Shown one piece after another: positions 11,874 to 26,100 of a stretch of 64,000 nucleotides of DNA; the first letter of the stretch is position 1, and the number at the start of each line of letters is the position of its first letter. Both the position numbers and the translations under genes were made by a program. The notes beneath the pieces were generated by a model, which did not search any database, was not told where the DNA came from, and saw nothing but the letters and a program-made list of their open reading frames with translations. This DNA comes from Botryllus schlosseri (Eukaryota), in NCBI GenBank assembly GCA_051294905.1, contig CM119372.1:4032001-4096000 (forward strand), in the 5' to 3' direction.

Positions 11874-14800
11874 TCACTTGGTGGAAGCGCCCGATGTGAA
11901 GTTTTGCAAACTCCCTTTCTTTCTGATCTGCGATTGCGAAGGAGGTATTGCTTTCGGTCTTGTTCGGTCCGACACCCTGCCCCGAAACAGCTTTATAAAA
12001 TCAATTTTTGAGTTGTCTTGAGATCTCTGCGGTTGAGTCTGCGCGTCGGTCGTTTCTGTTTTATCCTCGTCCATTTTGAGACGGATTGGGGCGTACAAGT
12101 TGAACCATTGCTGTGAAATATTTGAAACTAAGTGTCAGAAGTGAAGAACACTACAAAAAGATATCCAGACCTCAACACAGATGCTACACTTGATAAATCT
12201 AAATAGTAATCAATGGCACATGCAGGAAAGTCACCAAAGTACTGGTGATTATATCTGCTTACATTTGGCAACAGTATTAGTATCAGTTTAGTAATAATTA
12301 CATCAAAATCATCAATTCAAAACACCACAAGACTACGACATAATGAAATGATAGGAAGGTGCCGAAACGGCTTGGAGCAGTGTTTGAAATCAGACAACCA
12401 CCTCGGCCTAGGCGATGTACATGAGGCGTGCACGCTGGATGGAAGGAAACAAGTGATAACACACAACCAACTGGTGATGAAAATGAATGAGACATGTGTC
12501 GATAGGCGAGGTTGATACGTCAGGTTGCAGTCGGGTCATCTTGAGGGCTGACTAGTATTCATTCAGTAAAAATTGCTTGTATTTCACCTAGAATGTGGAT
12601 ATACTGGTGATTATATCCCCAAGACCACCAAAGTTGACATGTTCCTAACACGAAACAAGTATGGCTGCAGCAGCATTGCTACGGCAGGGGATGATGAGAT
12701 CAAAATCACACTAATACTGATCTTCATTATCTGTATTGTTTGTATGATAATACAGTACTACTCCTTGTCGCTTCGACATCTTCCTGTCTTTTCATTGTAT
12801 CGCATTTTTGTGGTGTATTGAACTGATAAAATTGCTAATAAACCAATGATGATGATACTAAAATATTAAAACAATGAAAATGTATAAAGAACATCCCAAT
12901 ACAAATATCCATCTCAAAAAAGTCACTGTTTAGCGATACCTCCAAATTAATGTTTAGCAGTACCTTCAAGAGTCAATTTTTGTGATGGATTCACATCACG
13001 AAGGCCTGTACTCTATTCAAAAGCTTTGACAATACTCATTTCAAGTATGCCGAACACAAGTATGATCCACACAGCCAAGTCGATTATAACGGTATTGAAA
13101 ATAACCTTAGCCGTGGAGCTCAATCCCAAATTGGTCAGTGCATATTGCCATTGAGGCAAGCCAAGATGCATCAGCATGAGTCGGTAGTAAGACGTGAAGT
13201 CCTCCGACAGAAAATGCCATTGTAGCGAGCGATCCATAAGCCAAATTTCCGGCTTATGGGCTGGCAAACCTGTGACATAACAAGCTTCCTGTTAATATCT
13301 TGATCCATCTTTTCTGTTCCGATATTTAGACATCAAGTCGCGTACGTATGGCTTTACCTTAAGATATGATCCACTATCTTTATTGACTACTGTAACCACT
13401 TCAGTAATGTACATCTACAATACGTAAAGCTGAACAAGCTTACTGCTAGCTAGGTCTTACCGGGGCTTGTATTCAAGTAGACAAGACATGCCTTTCCGTA
13501 ACCTTGGCACGAGTCAAGTTCAAATATCCTGCTTCTGTTATCAAAGTGTGGAACACTTCTGCGTTTAGTATTTTCTGGAAATAGACATTCATAAATTAAT
13601 GTACTATATTCCGAAAAGTATCATGTCGACATTATATAGTTTTGACTCGAGTCAAGCCGAGTCATTTACAATTCACCACCAAGCCAAGTTCGAGTCCGAG
13701 TTGAGACTCAAGTCGAGTCAATACACAAATCAACTCAAGCCGAGCCAAGCCAACGTAAAACTCCGACTCGAGTCATTACAACCCTGATTTTCGCATGAAA
13801 AACTCTATGTAAGAATATTCTCAAAGTTACCAAAACTTGCTACCTTCATCGTCACTACTGCTGTCATCGTCACTGCTATGATCCATTTCGACATCAGCAA
13901 GGGAAGGCGTATTGGCGAGCGACGATGTAGAGCCAGAAGCGTTTATCTTCACCAAGCGATTGAAGGAATTAATCTCCATTCTTCCAACCGGGAACTTGTT
14001 ACCTAGAAAAAATGCTTATCTTCATTATCCAATAATCATCATGAAGTGTGATAGTGATACTACTCTAAAAATGCATACCGTAATACTGTATTGATATATT
14101 TTTTTATCGCCATGAAGCAAAGAAGAGTAGCATATCGGCTATTACTCATAATTTCAATAGATCTGGAGTGTATGAGTACTGAGTAGATTCTTATGCCGGG
14201 TTGTAATGACTCGACTTGCGTCATTTTATCAAATGCGTAAAATGACTCGACTCGAGTCAATTTTTGTATTGCCTCGACTTGTGCTCGAGTCATTGTACAT
14301 GACTCGAGGCTAGGACGGCCAAGACAGACACTTCATTATAATTCGATGTATAGTAAAGTTACCATACTGCATTATTGGTATCTCGTCTATCAGCCTGATA
14401 CTTGGAAAATGCGATCAGAAACTGATAAGTCTGAGGAAGATTACTATATATGAATGCGAGCCATTCCATATCACTTGAGCAGAGTTGCAAAAATTGGGTT
14501 GAATCGATTACTGAACAGTGAACAACATGAATCGGACTCGAATCGCAACACTATGACTCGTACTCAACCCACTACTAGCTGACTTGGACTTGACTCGGTG
14601 GTGAATTGAAAATGACTCGAATCAAAGCTAAAAAAGTGAGATTGACTTGGAACCTGGTGACTACGTTACAACCCCGTTTTTATCCTTCTGAAATTCTCCA
14701 ATATTGGCTCGAAAAAAAAAACGGGGTAAGTTTGCTAAATAGAGCAAGTTTTCAGCTTTACCAAACTAGATTCGAATAAGAAGTATTGTTACACATTTTT

Positions 14801-16500
14801 TTCAAATTAGAGTAGAATTACAAAATTCGCAAACACTTGAAATTCCAAATTAAAAAGGAATATAAATACCAGAGATGAGCGGATTTGAAATTTCTATGTC
14901 ATAATCCAATCCAAATCCGAACCTTCAAATTCAAATCTAAATCCTAATACAAAACTATTTGATATTCAAGTCCATGTCCAATCCTAATCCGATTCCAACT
15001 GGAAATTCAGAAAAAAAACTAATTTCTGCAATGGAGGGATTCAAAAATTTTCTTTCACAACCAACGATTCACTTGATTCAAGATAACCTAGTAACCATAA
15101 GTACATGTACATTAATAACTGATCTGAATAAAGTTTGTCGCCATTCGCCACACAACATTTCAATCTCCCAGAAAATCAGTAAATCCAATCCAAATCCTAA
15201 TCCGTTCTGAAAAAAATGTATAATCCAATCCAAATCCGACAAAATTTCACAAATCCTGTTTTTTCAAATCCTAATCCATGCTCATCTCTGACAAATACAG
15301 TTCAGTTCATGTCGAATCAGAGTTCCTTCGCATTCGCATTGGACTGGCAAATGTCTGTACAGAAATCTTGGATCGTTTCACACTATACAGTTCTGCTGTA
15401 GTATTTTCAGGAAAACGAGAAATTAGATTACAATTAGATTACAGGGATTTTGTTCTTATCAGTCTAATTAGGCAACTAGAATTATATGTCATTAACATAA
15501 TTAATTTGACCAGGATCGTGGGTTTTGGAATGTAGTTTTGGTTGTTAAGGAATTACAGTGTCCACGACGGAGAATAGGCTTGGAAGAAGTTTGGCAACCC
15601 AGATGACAAGCAAAGATGCCAGATGACCTACAGATGGATGCACAGGTACACATACATACACACATACATACAAACGTAGGCCCGTTTATTGACCTATTGC
15701 TGTAGTTGATGAAATCTCACCCTCTGCGATCACATTCCATGTCAGCAAAATCCCGTCAGTTGTCAGATAGAAATTTTTCAAATCATCCGGGAGGGTGCAG
15801 CCATTTCGTTGCTCCCATCCCACTAATTGATGTCTTTCTGCTGGTTCACCTCCTGTCAACTCCACATCACAAACACCGGGCCTCTTCTCTAAAACAGTGG
15901 GACACATTTACAATTTTCATGGATCCTATAGCATCGGAGCCTGTAAATTAGTTCAACACTCAATATTATATCGAAAGGTTCATAACTGGGTTATAATCAC
16001 TCGAGACACTCAAGTCGCAACATTTCGTTGACTTGACTCGAGTCATCTTTCTAAAAATAGAGTTTCAATCCCGGTTTACAGCTCCAATTCAAAATTAAGA
16101 CAATGGTCTTACTAATTTAAATATTGTTGTTTACCAAGATACAAACTAAAGAGGTGGCCAGTAACAAGCAGTATAGGGAAAGTTTTGAATACATTTATCC
16201 TCCATCACTTTTTCTACAATGAAATCTGCATGACCATAGGCAAAACTGCCCCCTTATCATGATGACGCAATGCATCTATTTGAAGAGTCAATAGCCATTT
16301 GGAATTAGTTACCAATGCACTTCTCAAAATTTTGAGAGATTTAGTGGAAAGATGCATTCACATGTGTCAAATATTTCAGTCTAACGAGGTCTGAGAATAA
16401 CTTTCATTATTTACTTACCTAGAGATTTTGAGACACCCAGGGTTAGCCTCTCAAGTAGATCATTGATAGACGGTTTTGGCACCTCCTCTGCCTCTATCAT
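11874..16500 (-). CDS. TPGS2: Tubulin polyglutamylase complex subunit 2, ~307 aa. Exons 16419-16500, 15721-15888, 13844-14002, 13461-13574, 13106-13269, 11874-12110; possible extra last exon 11113-11155
   Basis: Spliced translation LERLTLGVSKSLEKRPGV...WEQRNGCTLPDDLKNFYLTTDG...PHFDNRSRIFELDSCQGYGKACLVY...EIWLMDRSLQWHFL...YYRLMLMHLGLPQWQYA...QWFNLY matches the TPGS2 family sequence as I recall it. All introns are GT-AG with compatible phases. Confidence 0.92.
14197..14674. mobile_element. CAGGGTTGTAA / GACTCGAGTC MITE family copy in a TPGS2 intron
   Basis: Ends CGGGTTGTAA...TTACAACCCCG. GACTCGAGTC subterminal arrays. Confidence 0.7.
14870..15290. mobile_element. hAT-type MITE (CAGAGATGAGC), second copy, nested in another repeat
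   Basis: Reverse-complement copy of 3329-3755. TSD ATAAATAC/ACAAATAC with one mismatch. Confidence 0.88.
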
Positions 16501-17104
16501 ATCAATTGTATATGTATTCCAATATGGGTAACAGGATCCCTAATGCTTCCAATTGGGTAATTGTATAGCCTAGCTGGCGACCATAGTGCAAAATTTACCG
16601 AAAGTTATGAAACTGGTCACAATCGAAAACTAAATCTATCTCAAAGTCTCACAAGTTCCGGCCAGATGATTAAATTGTAACAAGCCAAAAAGTTCAAGCA
16701 AAACCATAGAATCGTCGCCTGTTGCCCAAATCACTTGTTCCCACCGCCGCCTCATAAACCGCTTGAAATAAAACTGACGCCAAAGACGGAAGGTCATCGA
16801 TACGCTTGATAGCGTGAAGATTTCATGCATCGCTTCACACGCGTTTAGACCGCGAGCCGTGCGGATGTCGTTTTGCCACCACGTCTATGTGCGCGGCACG
16901 CTGTCGTATGTATAAGATATGTCTGTATCTGTAGTATTAGTAAATCACCATTCCTTTGAACTGTAATGTATATTTGCTTGATTCAGGCTCCATTTATTAC
17001 AGGAGGTATACCCTTGTTATTTTCGGTAGAAAACACTACGATCTGTAGATGTCTAAAAGCCTAAAATAGAAAATCGTTTTGTATCGGATATTTATAACAA
17101 AGAT
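16501..17104. promoter_or_regulatory. Putative bidirectional promoter region between TPGS2 and THOC1
   Basis: Divergent ATGs only ~600 bp apart, with a CpG-enriched segment at ~16790-16910. Function is inferred from geometry only. Confidence 0.55.
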
Positions 17105-20100
17105 ATGACATCTGGATTTTCGCACGAAGCATGTCTGAAAAGCTTGAAGGTATGTTTGCTGAATAGATGTGGGGATCCTAATTTTCATTATAAATTCCGT
17201 TATCGTACATTGGCATTTTGCGAAGTAGAATAGGATTGATTTTTAGTGGCGAATACTTTTTTCGACCGTACTTATATCTGTTTATTACATCGAATTGTAC
17301 ATTGCCTGATGAAAGTAATAGAAGCGCTTTTCATGATTATAAACTGCTATATGTTGGATTCTGTTCAGAAAAACATTTCCTACATTTCTATCAAATTGTC
17401 ATAAGAGGTGATAAAAATAGTCATTGTTAGACATACTTAGCCTTAGTATAAGTTGAGCCAGTGGCGTAGACTGCGGGGGGAATCGGAAAACCCTCTACCC
17501 CTTTCCAAACTACACTCTACCCCCGTTTATAAGCTCTTATTATTGTCTCGGAGAGAGTCATCAGCTTATCCCTTTACCCTGAATGCATTCGCATATTTTT
17601 CATATTGTTGTCAATAGTTATCAATAGCGCACCGAAATGGTTTATGATTCGTTTCCCCTGCTGCAGTACTGTAGCTGGCATATGTTATGTGTGTACAAGT
17701 AGATGTTAACATGAGCGAGATTATCTGATCCTTGTTGCATTGGCATTTGTAGATAGATTTAACCATATTAATTAGAGCATTGTCTGTTTTCAAAACATCC
17801 CTGCTATCCCCCCATTTGTTTTATCTCACCTTCATTTTCTCTCGGCTGGCTACTTGCCTACTAGATTAGTATACATATATTTTGCGTACCGGTATAGCCC
17901 ATATATCTACCATTGTACATTTGATATAACAATGTATTTTTCACTGTAACCGGTCAATCTTTTCTGTGTCATTTCTACTTTCAATAACTTGTCACCTAAT
18001 TTTGTCGCTTGTCTTTTTATATTATCTTCTTTTACTTTTCATTCAGTGTACTGTACATGCCTCCTCTTTACATCGCCGAGGCCCAAGTGAGTGCCTGATT
18101 TCAACATAGTGTCCTATATGGTGTCGACACAGCCAAATCTCACGCCTCAGTGAAATTGTATCACGTCACAATTTCCATTTGGCTACAGGCAATTTGACGG
18201 TCATTTTTGACCGGCTTGCCGAGCATTAAATTTCGTAAAACGGGTATCAATCGAAAGCTGACTCTGCACTGATTACGAAAATATAAATTTTATTCCGCTC
18301 GTGGCCCTGGAACTCCCACAATCAGCCTCGAATTTTTCATTGTTATGGAGATTGGCATTGGTACGCAACAATGCTGTCTGGCGAAACGAGAGAGATCCTG
18401 ATGACGCAACAATGCTGTCTGGCGAAACGAGAGTGTAGCTCAAGAGAAAAAGGTCCAAAAAGCATTGTTGCGTCCTAATGCCAACCTCCATAACAATGAA
18501 AAATTCGAGGCTGATTGTGGGGGTTCCAGGGCCGCAAGCGGAATAAAATTTATATTTTCGTCATCAGTGCAGAGTCAGCTTTCGATTGATACCAGTTTTA
18601 TCAAATTTAATGCTCGGCAATCCGGTCAAAATTGACCGTCAAATTGCCTGTAGCCAAATGGAAATTGTGACGCGATACAATTTCACTGAGGCGTGAGATT
18701 TGCTTGTGTCGACACCATATAGGACACTATGATTTCAAAGACTGCTCCAAGTCGTTTTGAAACTTTCCAGTCTTTTCATCGTATTGCAATCTTGTGATGT
18801 ATAGATTTGATGAAATTGTTAATAGTATAGGCTAGTAAACTAAACTGAAGGCAGGCCGGATACATTTTCCCTACTATGGTATTGAAGGTTCAATCACAAT
18901 TCATTTTAGGCATCAGTCCAGAAAGATGTTGCCTCCCACAATGATGATTCCGTTATCGAATTCACGAATGCATATCAATCACTGCCGGGGTTGGACGCGG
19001 ACAAGCGCACCGCTGCCGATCAGTCCATCAAGAATCTCATTGCTGATGATATTCATCAAATTCTCAAAAGCGAACAAACGAACGTGGGCGTGGTGAAACG
19101 CGCAATCAGAATCATATCGTTTGCGGTGAATGTTGCGAAACACGGTGAGTAATAACGAGCAATTGCTCATTAATAAAATGGTTTTCGTGTAGGCTACTTT
19201 ATTAACTTGACCGTCACCAATCAGTGTTTAGGGTTAGGGTATTGTGGATTTGGCTTGGGATTGGGTTTAGGGTTACAGGGACTGGGACTGCGTATCAAAA
19301 AGTTGGGGTTGGAGATATGGCATCGTAAAATTCGTAAGGTAATATTTGGGTTGGGGGTTAGGGTTAGGTAGACTTGGACAACTGGAAGATTTTCCAGATT
19401 AGATTAGAATTGGAATTACTGAATTCGCAAAATCGTGGAAATTGAATTTAATACGGAATTGGAAAGGAATACAACAAAAATGAAGTTCAGTTCATATCAA
19501 ACCGTATTTCATGAGAATGACAAATGTCTCTGTCGTACTATACAGTTTTCCTGTAAATTTTCAGGAAAACCAGAATTTAGATTATAATTTAAATTGAAGC
19601 ATAGAAACTTTTCGTAAATAAGAATAAAATTAGATTACTGATATTTCACTCTAATTATTTTGATTAGACAACTAGAATTATCTAGTCATCCAAGTTTGGA
19701 GTCGGGGAAACGTAAAATTAGGGTTGCGGATGAGAGTAATGAATGCACCTACAATACATTAACCCTAAACCAATTATAAACGCCGTAAATTTTAACATGT
19801 TTATTGTTCATTGGTAGCCCTGATTGGTGATGGTCGATGTTGTTGTGAACAAAGTATATTAGACCCAATAAAATATCTTAATAATACGGTGTATCGTTAT
19901 GTTATGTTATCACAGGTATGTGCTCACCTAGTCTGCCATTCAGTCTGCTGGGGGACGTCTTAGACTGTTTGACTCTCGACCTTTGCGACCCCGTTTTCTG
20001 CTTCATCGAGGAGAGAGTGGCGACTTGGAAATCGACACAATTTTACACAGCCGGTAGGAATTTCTTATCTCGCTCTTGTGTTTACGTCAGGGTTGTAATG

Positions 20101-23100
20101 ACTCGAGTCGGGATCTTTTAAATGTGGAAAACGACTCGACTTAAGGCAATTTGTGCTTTGACTCGGACGTGTACTCAAGTCAATTCACATGACTCGACCA
20201 AGTCGCATGACACCAGGGTTTTAATCACTCGAGTCATCATTCGGCTCAAGTCATGATTTTCTGATGACTCAACTTGACTCGAGTCATTTTCTCAAAATAC
20301 GGAAATGACTCGACTCTGTGTATTGACTCGACTTGGTTTCGAGTCATTGCGCATGACTCGAACCAAGTCATATGACTCGAGACTCAGATGGCCAAAATCG
20401 ACATTTCATGTAACTTCAAAGAATAGTAAGCCTAATACGATTGGTATTTCATCTATCAGGACTGCTGATTTTAAAATCGGACCAGAAACCGTGTACACTG
20501 TATACAGTGAGGAAAATTACTATATTATGTCACTTGGACTTGAACCTTTGAACCCTGACATAGACTCGGACTTGACTCTGCAGTAAATAGAAAATGACTC
20601 GAATTGGCCCAAGTCAAAACTATAAAAGTAGAATTGACTTGTGACTAGGTTACGGCCCTGGTTTAAATTTTACAATTTGGAATTGCAGGAAAGAATCATC
20701 TTCTGCGTATGTGCAACGATCTTCTGCGAAGACTTTCACAAGCTCAGAACACGGTCTTCTGCGGGCGGATACAGCTGTTTTTGGCGAGGCTATTCCCTCT
20801 GTCGGAGAAATCGGCGTTGAATCTGGTATTTCGGAGTTTTAGCATTAGCAGTAGCGTTTCATTTAGCATCGAACGCCATAACAGGAGTTCCGCAGAAACT
20901 AGCAATTTGGTGTGGATAATAATACTTCAATTTTGTGTACAGAAGGAGTTTGTATATGGCCTAAAAAGTACCTTCAAATTTGGTGTGCTTGTTGATTATT
21001 GGAATCGGTGTAGCTAGCTTGCATCAGAAGCATTTAAACCGAGTTATAGTGAGTTGATGCAATGTATCAGCACCTATCCTCCTTCATGGACCTTATCAAA
21101 CAGGGCTTCCCAGCCTGGGGGCCATGAATGTAGTGCAAACGTCATCAAAACTTCGAAATAGTTTTTTTTAGTTATCATCTCTAAATCTACTATTCACTAT
21201 AACTGCATACTTTTTCCCAAGGGCTGAAAAAATAGGTGGGCATGATTTATTATCCTGTTCTCGCAACCTGTTTGGGTCATTTTTCGTCAGTCGAAATCTG
21301 CTGCTACACTGTTCTACCCATATCGTGGTTTACCGTATGTGATTTGAAGTTGTTATAAACTGTGCTGCTAGGATTTAATACGTTTTTCCTTGTAGTTCAG
21401 CCAATTCAACAGTGACAACGTGACGATATTCAACAGCAATCCATCGCAATCCATTTTGAAAAACGAAAAGAATGCGCAAAGCGACAAAGACCCTCCAACG
21501 CTTAATCAAAAGGTATACTCGATTTGATGTGGCTTCGACTCATATCGCAAATCGCTTGCTCGAATCACAGCCTCAGAAAGACGAATTATGGCTCGACGGC
21601 GGCGCAAACGATATGGAGGTCGACCAAACAGATCTGGACCCTTCAAAGAATAGGGACGAAAAAAAATCGGAAAATTCGTTGTATGTTTTTTCCTTTGCTG
21701 TCTGTAGCAGAGTTTGACAAATGGAAAATTTTTAGCTATTCCAAATTAGATCAAAGTTAGAGTTATAGCTACACCGATTTTTTCAAACTAGACTAGAATT
21801 AGAATTATGGCTACACAGTTTCTTCTAAATTATATTGGCGTTATAATTATAGCTACACACTGTTTTCCAAACTAGATTAGAATTAGAATTACTGAACGCG
21901 AAAACTTGGAAATTAAACCGAGTTCATGTCAAATCAGTGTTCATTCGCATAAGCAGAAATGTCTGTACGCCATGCTTAGCTCGTTCCGCAGGATACAGTT
22001 CTCCTGTAGCATTTTCAGGGAGAGTGGAATTCAAACCAGAGTATAGAAACAATTCGTGAATCAGACAAAAATTAGACTCGAATTGCAACAAAGAAAATTT
22101 CACAAATTAGCAGCTGCTTGAAACCAAGTCACAATGCTCCGAGTCACAAGTCAATCTCAGTTTTATAGTTTTGACTCGAGTCAAGTCGAGTCATTTTCAA
22201 TTTACCACCGAGTCAAGTCCGAGTCCAAGTCACCCAGCAGAGGGTCGAGTCCGAGTCATGGTATTATGACTCGAGTCAAAGTCATTGTGTTGACTGCCCA
22301 GTTTCCAGTTAAAGGCTTGTTAAATCCACTTTTTGTAACCCTGTTTGGTGATATCGAATGGTTCGCATTTATAATATACTAATTTTCGTCATTTTTAGCA
22401 GTTTCTGGGCGCATTTTCAAGTACCAGTACCAATAGACGAAATCCCAATAGTGTGATTACTTTACTATTCCTCGAATTACAATGAAACGTCGGTCTTGGT
22501 CGTCTGAGTCTCGAGTCATATGACTTGGTTCGAGTCATTCCAAATCGAGTCAATACACAAATTGACTCGAGTCAAGTCGATTCATTTCCGTAAATCGAGA
22601 AAATGACTCGAGTCAAGTCATCTGAAAAACGTGACTCGAGTTGGACTTGAGTTGAGTCATGACTCGAGTCATTACAACCCTGCAAGTTAGATTCGAATTA
22701 GACTAACGGCGTTTCGCTGTAATTAGTCTAATGCAAGCCGTTACCGTTGTGGTCGTTGAAACATAGCTGATTAACCAATCAAGGGCCGTGAATTCCAGAT
22801 CGCTAGTCTGCTTGTCGTTATATGGTCGCTGGCACCCTCACTATTCATCAGCTGTTTTCAAACGCTTTTCGGCAAATCTTAACGACTTTCCTGTGAGCTT
22901 CTTGCAGGCCCATTGATGTTTTTTTTATAAATAATCAATAGAATGAGTCATGGATACCCGTGATTTTCGAGATTTTCCAAATTTTGAACAATCCTATTGT
23001 TCACATTCACTGCTACGATATTTTTCTTTCGCTGCTATAGTATTGAAATGCCATAAACCGTTGTATCTTTATACTGTTCGAAATATCAGATCTAAAATAT

Positions 23101-26100
23101 TTAATTCTCACGGGATTACATTAATGCCATTCTGTCAACAGGATCGTTGACTTCGAATTATACTCGAGCATATGGAGCCTTCAAGATATTTTTCGCAGCC
23201 CCCTCCAGTGCTATACGACGGAATCTTGGGAAAAATTCGCCAAGGTATACGCTGCTATGAAAATCTCAACTGCCCTGGCTTTATGTTGTTCTGTTTTTCC
23301 AGAACGCAGAGACAGTTTTTCGAGTTTTTGACAGTTTCAAGTTGGATAAACAACATTTCTTGGAGGAGCAACCGCACAAGTACGTTTCGTCAGATTTTTT
23401 TTCCCGTGTGGTCTACAAAAGAGTATTTTCTCTTGAATGACGTACAAATATAGCCAGTATTATGTCAATTGTCATGTGGAATAAGTGAGACATGCTACAC
23501 AGTGTCATGGCTTGTGTCTTGTGCGTATCATGAGATGTCTTGAATCCTAGCTGATATGTGTAGGCCTATACCACAGAACTTGACTTAATCAGAAGTTCTG
23601 TACTTCTAAAGCCTATTTATCAGAACTGTTCGTAATATGAATTGAATTTTAAGTCGACCGTGTTAAAACTTGATTGGTTGGGTTCCGATTCTAATTCTTG
23701 AATGGTTGGTCGCATCACCATGACACCACAGGGCTGTCCAGGGTTGTAGCCATGTCACGAGGTTCCGAGACACAGGTCAATCTTACTTTTATAGTTTTGA
23801 TTGAAGTCAATTCGAATCATCATTGCTGTTCTGTTTCAGTATAATATTCATCGCTTTGATGTCAACTGTTTTTGTCCCAGGGCATATTTCGCCAAGTTTT
23901 TAACGTCCGAGAAACTCATCGACCTACAACTGAACGACACGATGTTCCGCCGACAAGTCCTCTGCCAGTTTCTGATTTTGTTCCAGTATTTGTTAGGCAC
24001 CGTCAAGTTCAAATCGTACGTGATCGATCATATCTAGTTTAAATTGCTGGAGGTAACAAAACTATTCCGACAGCGCCAGCGCGATGCTCTCGGACAAGCA
24101 GACAAAATGGATCGGCGAATCGGAAACGAAGATTTATGCTTTGCTGGAAGAAACACCGCCGAATGGAAAGCACTTCGCTGCCTATGTTAAGGTGAGCAGT
24201 GCTTCTTCAGCAGGGTTGTATGTAATGACTCGAGTCATGACTCGGCACGGGTAACGATTTTTTGCTGACTCGACTTGACTCAAGTCATTCTTTCAAATGC
24301 GTAGAATGACTCGACACGAGGCGATTTGTCTATTGAATGGACTTGTACTCAGGGTTGTAATGACTCGAGTCATGACTCGACTCGAGTCACGATTTTCTGA
24401 TGACTCGACTTGACTCGAGTCATTTTCTCAAAATACGGAAATGACTCGACTCGAGTTAATTTGTGTATTGACTAGACTTGGACTCGAGTCATTGCGCATG
24501 ACTCGAACCAAGTCATATGACTCGAGATTCAGACGGTCAAGACCGATATTTCATCGTAATTTCGAAGAACAGTATAAAGTAACCACCCTATTAGGATTTC
24601 GTGTTTTGGTACTGGTACTTGAAAATGCGACCAGAAACTATTAAAATTGAGGAAAATTATTATTTTATATATGCGAATCATTCGATATCACCAAACAGAG
24701 TAATAAAAGTCGATTTAGCAAGACTTCAATTGGAAACTGAGCAGTAAACACAATGACTTGGACTCGGACTTGAGTCATTATACCATGACTCGGACTCGAA
24801 CCTCTGCTCGATGACTTGGACTCGGACTTGACTCGGTGGTGAATTGAAAATGACTCGACTTGACTCGAGTCAAAACTATAAAAGTAGGATTGACTTGTGA
24901 CTTGGTTACGACCCTGTTTTTCGGTGACTGCTTTTATGAAAGGGGTACTGCGCTGTGAATGTGATGTGGACTCGCATTACAGTTGAAAGTGTGAAAAAAT
25001 ATTTTAACAGCAGCCATTTACTTCAGAAATTATATTTAATCAGGAATTTGGCAACCCTACTATCATTTTGTTTTCTGTGTCGAAATTTTTGCTTTCATAG
25101 TAACATAACTGTCATTGTTCCCAAACATTATAACGCATATTCAATATAAAACAGTGTTTTGCCACGAAACTGTCGGCTCAAGACCTTTTCATCGTGAATG
25201 CCTTGGGTTCGAAGCTTCGATGTAAAATTGACTCGAAATTGAAAGAAAATTCTGAGTGTCGAGTCGCTTTGAAAATTTCCTTGACGTGACTTCATTATTG
25301 TTATTGTTTATTAATAAAATCGTGTTATGGTGCTTATTTCAGCAGTGGTCTTTCGCGGCACAATCCAATCGATTTCGTCAACAAGTCAAACTAATAGTTG
25401 AGTAAAGGATATTCACAGTATTGAATTAATGGTCAATGGCCGTCCTGATGAGGCTGCAAAATTGATAATGTGTCGTAGAATATTGGTATCCGTCGATAAG
25501 TTTTTAAAGTGAAATGTGATGCTCCTTCACTGTGCAGTGAAATGACTTGACTCGAGTCAAAAGGTGCAATGACTCGTAATGACTAGAGTCATTTTTTCAA
25601 ATGCCTAAAATGACTTGACTCGAGTCAAAATGTGCAGTGACTCGATATGACTCGATTCTAGTCAAAATTAGGAGTGACTCGACTACAGTTAAGATTCACA
25701 GTGACTCAAAATGACTTGACTCGAGTCAAAATTGGCAGTGACTGGTAATGACTTGACTTGCATCAAAATTTGCAGTGACTTGATGTGGCTCGACACAAAT
25801 CAAAGTTTCCAGTTATTCGAGTCAAAATTTGCGGTGACTCAACTGAAGTCAAAGTGTCCAGTGACTCGAAATGACTCGGCTCAAGTTAATAGTTACAGTT
25901 GCTCAAAATGACTTGTCGAGATTTGCAACGACCTGAAATGATTCGGTTTGAGTCAAAATGGCAGTGACTCAGAATGACTCGACACAATAAAAATTTCTAG
26001 TGACTCAAAATGAATCCACACAAAGGCAGTGACTTAATTCTGTATCGCTCGGTGCACGCAGCATTTGTTGGAGCGCGAGAAATATTGGATCTCTTGGAAG

